From Gnetum montanum (Eukaryota > Plantae > Gnetophyta), in contig MNCI01001817.1 of assembly GCA_015680685.1 (NCBI GenBank), positions 112,988 through 176,987 on the forward strand: DNA of 64,000 nt. The letters run 5' to 3'. Within the stretch, counting starts at the first letter, position 1. Each line of letters starts with the position of its first letter. A program made the position numbers and the translations under genes. Below are positions 63,961-64,000 of this stretch, one piece after another. The notes under the pieces were generated by a model that was not told the origin of the DNA, ran no database searches, and saw only the letters and a list, made by a program, of their open reading frames with translations.

Positions 63961-64000
63961 GAAAGAGAAATCACAAGAGCTACTCATAGCACATTGCAAG

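Larger units (their letters stand above)
59074..64000 (+). mobile_element. Endogenous caulimovirid (pararetrovirus) sequence, rearranged and decayed
   Basis: Coat-protein knuckle, aspartic protease, caulimovirid-type RT and RNase H with no integrase or LTR, followed by an extra ORF and a TATA-containing intergenic region. Confidence 0.88.

Overview
AT-rich, CpG-depleted land-plant intergenic DNA made almost entirely of decayed, nested retroelements. I see no intact host gene, RNA gene or CRISPR array. In order: (1) 5' end of an Athila-like Ty3/gypsy element on the minus strand (1-1437) and a solo LTR of the same family with a GTAGG target-site duplication (2438-3244); (2) L1-type LINE fragments (3.4-9.0 kb, 17.9-18.9 kb); (3) an internally deleted CRM-like gypsy with both LTRs (11.2-17.2 kb), carrying a nested solo LTR that has a second copy at 19.3-19.75 kb; (4) a Tekay-like fragment and a 39-bp minisatellite; (5) an Athila-like element (25075-32027, tRNA-Asp PBS) interrupted by (6) a ~18.8-kb Tat/Ogre-like element on the minus strand (32028-50830, tRNA-Asn PBS, archaeal-type RNase H); (7) a related Tat element head-to-head (50898-~57330); (8) an endogenous caulimovirid (59.1-64 kb). 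Main candidate for a novel system: in the large Tat element, gag-PR and RT-aRH-INT appear separated by a ~6.65-kb intron containing an antisense ~7-exon gene with a plant-mobile-domain-like core, flanked by arrays of covarying mini-hairpins. Caveats: all domain calls are by-eye motif recognition, and single-N assembly joins (notably 39720 and 50831) fall inside this element.
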